64,000 nucleotides of DNA from Convolutriloba macropyga (Eukaryota), in NCBI RefSeq assembly GCF_964194025.1, contig NC_134471.1, forward strand, positions 61,380,001-61,444,000, read 5' to 3'. The notes beneath the pieces were generated by a model, which saw only the letters and a program-made list of their open reading frames with translations, had not been told where the DNA came from and made no database searches. Below, one piece after another: positions 14,201-27,700 of the stretch (positions within the stretch are counted from its first letter, which is position 1; each line of letters opens with the position of its first letter). Position numbers and translations under genes: made by a program.

Positions 14201-15000
14201 AACCGATTCAAAAAACGCAAAATCATTTTGGTGGACATATATTTGATGAAAAGGAAATTATTTTTGTCTGCACGAGACCGATTTTTAAAAACATTGTGTG
14301 GCAGAAATATTTGAAAGACCAATGGATCGAAATGTAGTTGAAATTTGTGACATATTTGTCCAAGAGCATGGCGTTCCTCGCACAAGCAAAATGACTGATT
14401 TATAGTCAATTAAAAAAAATACTGTGGTCGCAATAAAAATAACCTTGATCCACCACTAAGTAACCATCGAGCAATAGGCTCAGTGGAAAAATTTGCCCCC
14501 CAAAATTTGCCCTTCAATGCACACTTTGACAAAAATCGAATACTCTGCTTCGCAGAATATGAACTACATCAAGATCTTTATACTTGACTTGAGAGAGAAT
14601 TATTATTTAGAACAGCTAAAATTTTGACATATATCCAAAACCATAACATGCCTCGCACAAAGCAAAAAGTCTGATTGTCAATTAATTCGGTAGTCGCAAT
14701 CAAGAAGAAACCATTGATCCAGCCCTAAGTAACCATCGACTTAGAGGCTTAGAAAGTTTAAATAAAACAAATAGAAGACAACTTGCGTGTATTAAAGATG
14801 AAAACAAATCAAGGAATTCGTTCAAAATCAAACAAGCATTCAAGTCTGTAAAATATTAACAGCGAATATGCAATTAAAGCACTCTTTGGCAGAAACTGAA
14901 CTCTCTGCTTGGCAAAAATTCTACTACACCAAAACTCTTGATCTCGACTTGAGAGAGATTTATTATTTAGAACAAGCCACAGGACACAAAAATCTGCCAA
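8300..15000 (+). mobile_element. Decayed Ty3/Gypsy LTR-retrotransposon internal region (gag-RT-RNase H-integrase) with the RT/RNase H segment triplicated
   Basis: gag at 8300-9000; RT motif at ~9509, 11076 and 12646; RNase H YAIITDQK...LLKYKF...HLQGAKMVLVFYISR...ISSYDEDFNVA at 13187-13440; integrase remnants IHEYQLG (~14058), QNHFGGHIFDEK (14218; cf. QIDFGGPIFDE), EHGVPRT (14364), NHRAIGSVEK (14462) and PFNAHF (14510), with a second diverged integrase piece at 14620-14970. The order RT-RH-INT fits Ty3/Gypsy. Many stops and frameshifts; no LTRs recognised. Confidence 0.9.
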
Positions 15001-15099
15001 ACGGGCGAAGCACCAGAAGCGCAAGGCAGGAAATGCGAGTCAGACTGCACCCGCTATGCGAGTATGATTGCGAAAAAAAATCTTACCTACCTCGTGGTT

Positions 15100-15945
15100 G
15101 ATCTTACCCAAAATACTAGCACCACCCCACCCCCATCACAAGAGTTGAGTCCATCAACTGGCGACACCGCTTCTTAATATTCCCTCCAACAAATGAGTCC
15201 CGGCATATAACCGACAAAGCATGTAGACACTGAAATTTTCGCACGAAGTAAGGGTTAAAAACCAAAAAGCCTCAAATTTTTTTGGGCAATTTTGATAACT
15301 CACCAGATTCAGCAAAAAAACCGGAACTTAAAAAGCTACGGAGAGCAGGTGACGTCGCAAATGCTCACCATAACAGTTTGCACACAACTATCGGCGTAAC
15401 TATCCATGACGTACCAAATCAAGCTCCTCCGCAAAATAAAAATCTGCCGGTCATAGGCACGATCCTTTCTCCAATTCGCAAAAATCGTACTACGGTGACT
15501 CAAGACTGTCTCTTATTATTTTGAGTGCAAGAAACAGAAATAAATGAGGATAACACGTGACTGATAAAAACGAAACTTCATAAAACACTCAAGTTATTAG
15601 TTATCAATTGTATTTTACTATGTATTTTACCGGTAAATAATTACTTAAATTCTCATTTTTCAATTTAAATCCCCAGTCTGTTCAATTTAAAAGAACCTAG
15701 AGGTGTGTCATGTACTACATCATATGGGTTCTTGAAGGACAATTTTGTTTAGCTAAGTTTAAGCAAGTTAGGATTAATTTTTCTTATCTAGACTTTTCCA
15801 GGCACTGGTTATGATCAAACATGTTTTCATTCACGTGCGACAAGGTTTACAAATTTTATGTAGTAGTGAGAAAAAGTGCTACGCGTTTTCTGAGTTATGC
15901 GTTTAGTTAATTTTATCTTAGTCAGAACTGTTTCATGAAAATTAT
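15100..15945 (+). repeat. ~0.8 kb diverged duplication, copy 1 (probable Gypsy post-integrase tail plus flank)
   Basis: Collinear with 17332-18080, from 'cttacc(c)aaaatactagcaccacc' through 'tgttttcattcacgtgcgacaa'; both copies are followed by a (TA)n tract. Confidence 0.8.
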
Positions 15946-15958
15946 ATGTTTGTATATT

Positions 15959-15997
<39 letters not shown>

Positions 15998-16024
15998 ATA
16001 TAGATCTCTATATATTTATATATA
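15945..16024. repeat. (TA)n microsatellite
   Basis: Imperfect TA dinucleotide run seen directly. Confidence 0.95.
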
Positions 16025-16342
16025 CGACCTGCACTGCAAATACAAGCAAAAAAAATGCTAAAACACCAAATTTCTTTCCCATTAAAAAAGTTGAGTATAA
16101 TAACCCAAGTATTATTGCGGCCAATAAACAGATATTCCAATCATAGCTGCCAAAATGACAAAAAGGTCCTTGTTTTTTTCCCAAACTCAACCCAAAACTG
16201 AGTCAAATCTTTTAACTAAATCGCTGCAAACTAACAATGCGTTGTTTAAAACCATTCAAAAAACTGAAATAGAGTGATGCTTGAAAGCAAGCCCCACTCA
16301 GCGAACAAACCAGTAAATCAAATTGCTCTTAGCCATAATATT

Positions 16343-17300
16343 TATTGGGCCTCCTTTGGGCGTACAAAAAAATCTGTTGGTAATAGTGCAATAAAATGAA
16401 AACATTTCGATGTAATAGTTTTCCTGGAATTCGCTTAAAAGTTATAAAAAAAATATAACAATTAAAACAGAAATGAAGAAAAAACAGCAACATATGCAAT
16501 TTGAACCCAAGAAAAAACCATAAGACATGTGTGTCGTTACCTAGCAAAAGTTTATTGTTCCAACTTTTAGTTAAATGCATAAATGGACGAAAAAATTCAG
16601 TATATAAAAAATAATTGACGAATTTTTGATAATCATCGAATTAAATTGAAAAAATTGGCACATCTTTAATTACCTATCAAACTGGACATCTTTAATTACG
16701 TAACACTCTTCAACCGGACATTTTTGAGAGAAGTTGGAAAACATTTTGACAGGGTTTTTAAGTTATGTACTTGCGGCTAATTTGAACAAAATGTGCTATA
16801 GGGCTGAAATTTGAAATAAAAAGAAAAACTTAGCTAGATTGTTTGAAAAATTATCCACCAAGACTGCTCAGCACCTTCAATCTATCTTTAATTTTAAGGC
16901 CATTACCATTTTCATTAAGAATTTCAATATGTTTTCAGCGAATTTGACAAAAATTGGGCAAAATTGGAGAAAAACTTGAAAAAAAAACAACTCAAATCAG
17001 TCAAGTGTTCACAAATCAGGTTTTCTAATGATACCACTCAGAATTCCTTACGATCAATATCTCAGTCAGTCGAAATTGACCAAACAAAAAAACCATTTGC
17101 GTATATGCAATTCCTCTCCCACGAAATTGAAATTTTAACGTTGGAAAACTACCTAAATTTCTAAATTTTTGACATTTTTTATCAGTTTGCCGGAATACGA
17201 CGTTGTGTTGTCTATCGTTGTTTTTATCTGACATATAGGTTATTTTTATTGCAGTAATTAGCAAAAATAAGTTTGTTTTAAAAGATTTATTTGCAAGGAA
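16343..17300 (-). repeat. ~950 bp interspersed repeat containing a diverged, inverted HINE-family 5' region; copy 1
   Basis: Collinear with 37111-38043. 17020-17125 is the reverse complement of the HINE 5' motif (gtgggagaggaa...gagtggtatcattagaaaacc). Confidence 0.85.
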
Positions 17301-17331
17301 GAAAAAAAACAAACTTTCCCGCTTCGCGAAT

Positions 17332-18080
17332 GACCTTACCAAAATACTAGCACCACCGCTTCGTCATCTGCTCTCTAACGTGAGCATGTTGACACTGAAA
17401 ATAACGCAAGAACCAGTGGTAAAATACGAAGATGCCCCAAATTTTATGGCAAATTTGATGATTCGTCAGATTCAGTAAAAATGATCCGCCATTTAAAAGG
17501 CGACGCAGAGCAGGTGACATCAAAAACGTCCAACCACCAACATTTTGGGATAAAAACTAGAGTCGCAACTGTCCATGAAGTAGCAAATCAAGCTCCTCCA
17601 CAATATAAAAATCCACTGGTCATAGGCACGGTCCTTCCACCAAACCGCAAAATTGGCACTTCAGTGACTCAAGACTATATCTTTTTATTTCAAGTACAAG
17701 AAACTGAATTAAATGAAGTGACTGACAAAAACAAAACTTCATAAAACAAAAAAGTTACTAGTTATCAATTGCATTTTACTATATTTTTACCGGTGAATAT
17801 TTACTTATATTCTCATGTTTTATTTTAACATTCTCAGTCTGTTGAAAAAAACTGAGTTGTGTCAAGTACTAGGTCATAAGGCTTCTTGAAAAAGGGTTAA
17901 GTTGTATTTGTGCAAGTTGGCATTAACTTTTTTTTCTAGACTTTTCTAGGCACTGTTATTGACCATGCACGTTTTCATTCACGTGCGACAAAATTTTTTG
18001 TAGTAGTGGGAAAAATTGTTACGCGTCATTTCAATTGTGCGGGTCTTTATTTTTATCTGAGTCACAACAGTTTCACGAAA
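17332..18080 (+). repeat. ~0.8 kb diverged duplication, copy 2
   Basis: Collinear with 15100-15945. Confidence 0.8.
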
Positions 18081-18136
18081 AAATTAATTTCAGCAGATTT
18101 TATTTAACAAGTTTTGAAGAAATTAAGGGCTTAAAA

Positions 18137-18139
<3 letters not shown>

Positions 18140-18190
<51 letters not shown>
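18140..18190. repeat. (TA)n microsatellite
   Basis: Perfect TA run of about 50 bp. Confidence 0.97.
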
Positions 18191-18195
<5 letters not shown>

Positions 18196-18449
18196 AATTT
18201 TTTGCTAAGTGCTTGTTGTTTGTTTTTTTAATGCTTTAAATTTTTGGTATTCTTTATTTGTGTTTTAAAATTTTTTAAAGTTTTCCATCATTTTTCTCTA
18301 CTACACAGGAAATATGCTGAAATGATGCTGCATTTCTAAAGAAATTTTCACGTCAACCAATCGGAAACAATGTGACGTCACTGGAATATGCGTTTTGTTG
18401 CTTCCTGTGGCAGCTCAATTTTAAAAAAAAAACTTTTTAGTCCTCTAAC

Positions 18450-18589
18450 CTGACTGAAGGTTGTTCCAATCAAAGCCCCCTCCTTGACCAGATTCATTCT
18501 TGTCCAGGTTGCTCCAGCCGCAGTAGTATATATGACGCACACAAGTTCAGCATTGGCAAACACTAACGTAAGCCTTGGGCTGCTTAATC
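18450..18589 (-). CDS. Exon 4 of FN3-domain secreted/surface protein (first half of a third FN3-like domain)
   Basis: Acceptor tttttgtttag|ga (phase 1) and donor cag|gttag (phase 0); 140 bp open frame (R)LSSPRLTLVFANAELVCVIYTTAAGATWTRMNLVKEGALIGTTFSQ; GC-rich island; phase-compatible with exon 31260-31568. Confidence 0.75.
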
Positions 18590-18769
18590 CTAAACAAAAA
18601 GAAATCTCACTTTTAATTTGGTTTCCAAAAGTACTGTATATTTTGTGTTCCGTTGAAAATTTGATAACCTTAGCTGATACAAAAGCATTCCAATGGAATT
18701 GCTATTTCTCTTACTTCACAACTTTTCAAAGAAATAAATAAACAGTCGTTTTCATAACAAACAAATTTA

Positions 18770-21700
18770 TCTGATTTTTTAAATGCAAGCAATTTTTACA
18801 AAAGTTTTGTTGGAAAAAAAGATTCTCACACAAAAAAAAAATCAGTTCAAATTTTTGATTCAAATGGGCTGCTAAAACAGTGCGAATGTCAGGAGATTAT
18901 AGTTTTGTTTATTGAATAAAATTAAACATATTGGCATATAAATCACGATATGTTCAATTTTGCAGCGGTGCAAGTTTTTGTTTCCAAAGCGCAACATAGT
19001 TTCAATTGGTTGAGATAATCAACAAACATTTTCACCTAACAATTTGAAAATCAGGTAATCAAAAGGATAATCAGTAAGTTCTCCTGTATTGATATTTAAA
19101 ATTTGAAAACTTATCTCCTTAGCTTTCCTCCGGAAGTTCAATTATATTATTCAATATATTGCCCTATTGCATAAAGTTTGAAGTTTTTTTGGACAAATTA
19201 ATCCATGAAACATAGAAATAATTAGTAAATTGAAAAACGAGACAAAAAGATAATTTCTGTGAACAGTTTTGGAGAACAAGAAATATTATTTAGGTAATCC
19301 ATTTTTCCAGTGAAAATTTCAATAGAACATAATTAGATGCGAAAATTTTGAAGCATTTGCAAAAAAGTGCACTTTTTTATTTAAAAGTCTGATAAAAAAA
19401 AGGTGAATATAAGCTGCATTTGAATAACTCTTTCACATTGAGCTATTGACCTGATTTGCAAAATTTTGAAAAAAATAGTGAAAAAAAACCTATTTTCAGC
19501 TTCATTGAAAACCCTTTAAGAAAATTTAGACTGTTCGACATCAAACTAAAAAGGCGTCATTATTGAATTTTTAACAGAATATTTTGCACACAACTGTTCT
19601 TCGATAATATGTAATAAATAAGTAATTTTCAAAAAAGTTTTGTTCCGAACCCACTTGTTGGGGGAGGAACTATATACTCAAATGGGTTTTTTTTATTCGG
19701 ACAATTTTGGCCGATCGACATATTCATCTTAGAGAAATGTGAGTGGTACCATTAAAAAGCTCGTGCAGCGTAGAATTCAATATTAAAAAGATATTTTTGA
19801 ATTTCGTTTTTTTTTCGGGGAGTTATTGAGGTTTAAAGTTTTGTGTGAAAATGTGACATTTTGTTAACTTTTAGAATGATTTTGTAAAAGGAAGCAACTT
19901 TTACAAAAATTTTGTTGGAAAAAAGGTAAATTAAAAAATTTTCTCAATCAATAAAGTAAAACTCATTTCAATTTTTTGCTTCAAACTTGCTGCTAATCAG
20001 TGCAATTGTCGGGAGATAAAAGTTTTATTTACTGAAAAAATTTAAACATGTTTGCATATAAATCATGATATGTTCAATTTTGCAGGTGCAAGTTTTTGTT
20101 TCCAAACTGCAACATAGTTTTAATTGGTTGAGATATTCAACAAAAAAATTTCACCTAACAATTTGAAATTTATGTAACCAAAAGGGTAATCAGTAGGTCC
20201 TCCGTTATTGATATATAAAGTTTAAAAACTTATCTCTTTGTCTTTACTCCAGAAATTTAATTATATATTTCAATATTTTGCAATTGTCGGGAGATAAAAG
20301 TTTTATTTACTGAAAAAATTTAAACATGTTTGCATATAAATCATGATATGTTCAATTTTGCAGGTGCAAGTTTTTGTTTCCAAACTGCAACATAGTTTTA
20401 ATTGGTTGAGATATTCAACAAAAAAATTTCACCTAACAATTTGAAATTTATGTAACCAAAAGGGTAATCAGTAGGTCCTCCGTTATTGATATATAAAGTT
20501 TAAAAACTTATCTCTTTGTCTTTACTCCAGAAATTTAATTTTATATTTCAATATTTTGCCCTATTGCATAAAGTTTTTCTACACAAAAAAAAATTATGAA
20601 AATTAGAAATATTTAATAAATTGAAAAGAAGCGAGACAAAAAGATAATTTCTGTGAACAGTTTTGAAGAACGAGAAATTTAATTTTAGTAATCCTTTTTT
20701 CAAGTGAAAATTTCAATAGAACATAATTAGAAGCTAAAATTTTGAAGTATTTGCAAAAAAGCTGTAGTTATTTATTCAAAAATCTGATAAAAATGGTGAA
20801 TATAACCTGGATTTGAATTAATCTTTCACAGTGAGCAATTGACCTGATTCGCAAAATTCTAAAAAAAGTGTGAATTAAAAAACTTATTTTCAACTTCATT
20901 GAAAATCTTTTGAGAAAATTTAGACTGTTCGGCATCAACCTAAAAAGGCGTTTTTTTTGCATTTTTAACAGAAATTTTTTGCCCAGAACTGTTCTTCGAT
21001 AATATGTACTAAATAAGTAACATTCAAAAAATTTTTGTTCCGACCCGACTTGTTGGGGGAGGAACTATATACACAAATGGGTTTTTTTTGTTCGGACAAT
21101 TTTGGCCGATCGACATATTCATCATAGAGATATGTGAGTGGTACCATTAAAAAGCTCGTCCAGCGTAGAACTCAATATTAATAAAAATATTTTTGAATTT
21201 CGTTTTTTTTTCGGGGAGTTATTGAGGTTTAAAGTTTTGTGTGAAAATGTGACATTTTGTTAACTTTTAGAATGATTTTGTAAAAGGAAGCAACTTTTAC
21301 AAAAATTTTGTTGGAAAAAAGGTAAATTAAAAAATTTTCTCAATCAATAAAGTAAAACTCATTTCAATTTTTTGCTTCAAACTTGCTGCTAATCAGTGCA
21401 ATTGTCGGGAGATAAAAGTTTTATTTACTGAAAAAATTTAAACATGTTTGCATATAAATCATGATATGTTCAATTTTGCAGGTGCAAGTTTTTGTTTCCA
21501 AACTGCAACATAGTTTTAATTGGTTGAGATATTCAACAAAAAAATTTCACCTAACAATTTGAAATTTATGTAACCAAAAGGGTAATCAGTAGGTCCTCCG
21601 TTATTGATATATAAAGTTTAAAAACTTATCTCTTTGTCTTTACTCCAGAAATTTAATTATATATTTCAATATTTTGCAATTGTCGGGAGATAAAAGTTTT

Positions 21701-24700
21701 ATTTACTGAAAAAATTTAAACATGTTTGCATATAAATCATGATATGTTCAATTTTGCAGGTGCAAGTTTTTGTTTCCAAACTGCAACATAGTTTTAATTG
21801 GTTGAGATATTCAACAAAAAAATTTCACCTAACAATTTGAAATTTATGTAACCAAAAGGGTAATCAGTAGGTCCTCCGTTATTGATATATAAAGTTTAAA
21901 AACTTATCTCTTTGTCTTTACTCCAGAAATTTAATTATATATTTCAATATTTTGCCCTATTGCATAAAGTTTTTCTACACAAAAAAAAATTATGAAAATT
22001 AGAAATATTTAATAAATTGAAAAGAAGCGAGACAAAAAGATAATTTCTGTGAACAGTATTGAAGAACGAGAAATTTAATTTTAGTAATCCTTTTTTCAAG
22101 TGAAAATTTCAATAGAACATAATTAGAAGCTAAAATTTTGAAGTATTTGCAAAAAAGCTGTAGTTATTTATTCAAAAATCTGATAAAAATGGTGAATATA
22201 ACCTGGATTTGAATTAATCTTTCACAGTGAGCAATTGACCTGATTCGCAAAATTCTAAAAAAAAGTGTGAATTAAAAAACTTATTTTCAACTTCATTGAA
22301 AATCTTTTGAGAAAATTTAGACTGTTCGGCATCAACCTAAAAAGGCGTTTTTTTTGCATTTTTAACAGAAATTTTTTGCCCAGAACTGTTCTTCGATAAT
22401 ATGTACTAAATAAGTAACATTCAAAAAATTTTTGTTCCGACCCGACTTGTTGGGGGAGGAACTATATACACAAATGGGTTTTTTTTGTTCGGACAATTTT
22501 GGCCGATCGACATATTCATCATAGAGATATGTGAGTGGTACCATTAAAAAGCTCGTCCAGCGTAGAACTCAAAATTAATAAAAATATTTTTGAATTTCGT
22601 TTTTTTTGAGGAGTTATCGAGGTTCAAAGTCTTTGTGTGAAAATGTGACATTTTGTTCACTTTTAGCATGATTTTGTTCAGTTTAGCGTAATTTTTTTTC
22701 AAATTAGGCTTTTCTATAGAATTATTTTTTCAAAATTAGGTTTCGTGCTTCAAAAAGACCCTTTCCATATCAAGTTTCCGTTATTGACGTTTTTGACAAA
22801 CGTCATTTTAGGTCCAATAATAGCTAATGAACAATAACTCGTTTTAAAGGCATCGTTCATTTTTTTGTCTTCGAATCAAAATGTTTTTGAAATTTTTAAT
22901 AGCTGAGGACTGTCAAGACTTCAAAAAAAAAATTTTTAATTTTTTTTTATAATTCGATATTAAAATAATTTTTATGAATAGTAAGTCAGTCTCAGCAATG
23001 ACAGGCCCCCTGCTTTTTTACAGCAACCAAAATTATTCTAGTAAGTTGTTTTATCTGCTAATAATTGGTTTCATGACTTCGATAACACGAGTTTTCATAA
23101 TTTCAAAAAAATTTTGGATTATTTTGTAAATTGGTTTCCTTTTGAAATCTTATCTCTTTATCGTCGTATTGGCAGTTCCCATTGATTAAATACAACGTCC
23201 GTTGTATCATAGAAAAAACTTCCAGAGAAAAAAAATATGATTTAAATGGCTTCGGCACTTTCTTCTCAAAATTCTGCTGCATTTTTTTTGCCAGTGGTTG
23301 TCATAGTTTTCATAATCATAAGATTTATTGTGATATCTTAATGATAAATTATTGAGAACAAACATCCAAGTCTTCGAATCGAGGCATAAGGTAGCGGTTT
23401 TTTTAATTACTTTGAAAGCTCTTGCATTTAATGGCTGTTAAGCCTTTAAAAAAATGTTGTGAATATTTTTCGCACATTAATCAATCTCAATTGTTTTTTC
23501 ATGAACTGTAGGTCAGTCTCAGTAATGCAGGTTCTACATTTTTCCCACCGCAACTAAAATGAATTTGGCTAATGGTCTTATCTTCTAACTATTGGTTTTA
23601 TGACTTCGATGCCATGAATGTTCGACATAAAATTAAAAAGGCGTCATTATTGAATTTTTAACAGAATATTTTGCTCACAACTGTTCTTCAATAATATGTA
23701 ATAAATAAGTAATTTTCAAAAAAGTTTTGTTCCGAACCCACTTGTTGGGGGAGGAACTATATACTCAAATGGGTTTTTTTTATTCGGACAATTTTGGCCG
23801 ATCGACATATTCATCTTAGAGAAATGTGAGTGGTACCATTAAAAAGCTCGTGCAGCGTAGAATTCAATATTAAAAAGATATTTTTGAATTTCGTTTTTTT
23901 TTCGGGGAGTTATTGAGGTTTAAAGTTTTGTGTGAAAATGTGACATTTTGTTAACTTTTAGAAGGATTTTGTAAAAGGAAGCAACTTTTACAAAAATTTT
24001 GTTGGAAAAAAGGTAAATTAAAAAATTTTCTCAATCAATAAAATAAAACTCATTTCAATTTTTTGCTTCAAACTGGCTGCTAATCACTGCAATTGTCGGG
24101 AGATAAAAGTTTTGTTTACTGAAAAAATATAAACATGTTTGCATATAAATCATGATATGTTCAATTTTGCAGGTGCAAGTTTTTGTTTCCAAACTGCAAC
24201 ATAGTTTTAATTGGTTGAGATATTCAACAAAAAAATTTCACCTAACAAATTGAAATTTATGTAACCAAAAGGGTAATCAGTAGTTCCTCCGTTATTGATA
24301 TTTAAAATTTGAAAACTTATCTCCATAGCTTTCCTCCGGAAGTTCAATTATATTATTCAATATATTGCCCTATTGCATAAAGTTTGAAGTTTTTTTGGAC
24401 AAATTAATCCATGAAACATAGAAATAATTAGTAAATTGAAAAACGAGACAAAAAGAGAATTTCTGTGAACAGTTTTGGAGAACAAGAAATATTATTTAGG
24501 TAATCCTTTTTTCCAGTGAAAAATTCAATAGAACATAATTAGATGCTAAAATTTTGAAGCATTTGCAAAAAAGTGTAATTTTTTATTTAAAAGTCTGATA
24601 AAAAAAGGTGAATATAAGCTGCATTCGAATAACTCTTTCACATTGAGCTATTGACCTGATTTGCAAAATTCTGAACAAAATAGTGAAAAAAAACCTATTT

Positions 24701-27700
24701 TCAGCTTCATTGAAAATCCTTTAAGAAAATTTAGACTGTTCGACATCAAACTAAAAAGGCGTCATTATTGAATTTTTAACAGAATATTTTGCACACAACT
24801 GTTCTTCGATAATATGTAATAAATAAGTAATTTTCAAAAAGTTTTGTTCCGAACCCACTTGTTGGGGGAGGAACTATATACTCAAATGGTTTTTTTTTTA
24901 TTCGGACAATTTTGGCCGATCGACATATTCATCTTAGAGAAATGCAAGTGGTACCATTAAAAAGCTCGTGCAGCGTAGAATTCAATATTAAAAAGATATT
25001 TGTGAATTTCGTTTTTTTCGGGGAGTTATTGAGGTTTAAAGTTTTGTGTGAAAATGTGACATTTTGTTAACTTTTAGAATGATTTTGTTCAGTTTAGCGT
25101 AATTCTTTTTCAAATTAGGCTTTTCTATAAAATTATAATTTCGAAATTACAATTCGTGCCTCAAAAGGAAACAATTCTGTGTTACCAGTAGACAGACATA
25201 AAGAGTAGTTCTGGTCTTGTGGGGAACTTTTCTACAAAACAAAATCCCGAATTCAATGGGAGAGCTGTTTTTTAAGAAAAATTTTCCTATTTATATTTTT
25301 TCTAGTCACTTAGGGACTGGTCATTTTCATATCAAGGTTCCGTTAATGACAAACTTTACTTGAGGTCAAATAATACCTAGTGAAAAAAAAAATTTGTTCA
25401 AAGGCATTGTTCATTTTTTTTGTCTTCGACTCAAAATGTTTTCGAAATTTTTAATGAAATTTTGATTTTCTTTGAGATTTTACAAAATTTTTGGAGTCCT
25501 ATTGTAGAGCCTTGCCAATTGAAGATGTAATGGGTTTTCTAATGTGCATTAGGTAAACCTATATATCACTTTGAGTAATTTTTAAATGGAAGCAACTTTT
25601 ACAAAAATTTTGTTGGAAAAAAGGTAAATTAAAAAATTTTCTCAATCAATAAAATAAAACTCATTTCAATTTTTTGCTTCAAACTGGCTGCTAATCAGTG
25701 CAATTGTCGGGAGATAAAAGTTTTGTTTACTGAAAAAATATAAACATGTTTGCATATAAATCATGATATGTTCAATTTTGCAGGTGCAAGTTTTTGTTTC
25801 CAAACTGCAACATAGTTTTAATTGGTTGAGATATTCAACAAAAAAATTTCACCTAACAATTTGAAATTTATGTAACCAAAAGGGTAATCAGTAGTTCCTC
25901 CGTTATTGATATTTAAAATTTGAAAACTTATCTCCTTAGCTTTCCTCCGGAAGTTCAATTATATTATTCAATATATTGCCCTATTGCATAAAGTTTGAAG
26001 TTTTTTTTGGACAAATTAATCCATGAAACTTAGAAATAATTAGTAAATTGAAAAACGAGACAAAAAGACAATTTCTGTGAACAGTTTTGGAGAACAAGAA
26101 ATATTATTTAGGTAATCCATTTTTCCAGTGAAAATTTCAATAGAACATAATTAGATGCTAAAATTTTGAAGCATTTGCAAAAAAGTGCAATTTTTTATTT
26201 AAAAGTCTGATAAAAAAAGGTGAATATAAGCTGCATTCGAATAACTCTTTCACATTGAGCTATTGACCTGATTTGCAATACTCTGAAAAAATAGTGAAAA
26301 AAAACCTATTTTCAGCTTCATTGAAAACCCTTTAAGAAAATTTAGACTGTTCGACATCAAACTAAAAAGGCGTCATTATTGAATTTTTAACAGAATATTT
26401 TGCACACAACTGTTCTTCGATAATATGTAATAAATAAGTAATTTTCAAAAAGTTTTGTTCCGAACCCACTTGTTGGGGGAGGAACTATATACTCAAATGG
26501 ATTTTTTTTTATTCGGACAATTTTGGCCGATCGACATATTCATCTTAGAGAAATGCGAGTGGTACCATTAAAAAGCTCGTGCAGCGTAGAATTCAATATT
26601 AAAAAGATATTTTTGAATTTCGTTTTTTTTCGGGGAGTTATTGAGGTTTAAAGTTTTGTGTGAAAATGTGACATTTTGTTCACTTTTAGCATGATTTTGT
26701 TCAGTTTAGCGTAATTTTTTTTCAAATTAGGCTTTTCTATAGAATTATTTTTTCAAAATTAGGTTTCGTGCTTCAAAAAGACCCTTTCCATATCAAACTT
26801 CCAATATTGACGTTTTTGACAAACGTCATTTTAGATCCAATAATAGCTACTGAACAATAATTCGTTTTAAAGGCATCGTTCATTTTTTTTGTCTTCCACT
26901 CAAATTGTTTTCGAAATTTTTAATGAAGTCTTGATTTTCTTGGAGGTTTTACCAAATTTTTGGAGTTCTATTGCATAGACTTGCCAACTGAAGTTGTAAT
27001 TGGTTTTCTATTGTGCATTAGGTAAACCTCTACAGCGCTTTGAGTTGATAGCTGAGGACTGTCAAGACTTCAAAAAAAATTTTTTTATTTTTTTTTATAA
27101 TTCGATATTAAAATAATTTTTATGAATAGTAAGTCAGTCTCAGCAATGACAGGCCCCCTGCTTTTTTACAGCAACCAAAATTATTCTAGTAAGTTGTTTT
27201 ATCTGCTAATAATTGGTTTCATGTCTTCGATAACACGAGTTTTCATAATTTCAAAAAAAATTTTGCATTATTTTGTAAATTGTTTTCCTTTTGACATCTT
27301 ATCTCTTTATCGTCGTTTTGGCAGTTCCCATTGATTAAATACAACAACGTCCGTTGTATCATAGAAAAAACTTCCAGAGAAAAAAAATATGATTTAAATG
27401 GCTTCGGCACTTTCTTCTCAAATTTCTGCTGCATTTTTTTTTGCCAGTGGTTGTCGTAGTTTTCATAATCATAAGATTTATTGTGATATCTTAATGATAA
27501 ATTATTGAGAACAAACATCCAGTTCTTCGAATCGAGGCATAAGGTAGCGGTTTTTTTAATTACTTTGAAAGCTCTTGCATTTAATGGCTGTTAAGCCTTT
27601 AAAAAAATGTTGTGAATATTTTTCGCACATTAATCAATCTCAATTTTTTTTCATGAACTGTAGGTCAGTCTCAGTAATGCAGGTTCTACATTTTTCCCAC

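Noticed and set aside
15946-16190. ORFs with YIYIYI tracts
   Set aside because: Translation of a (TA)n microsatellite.
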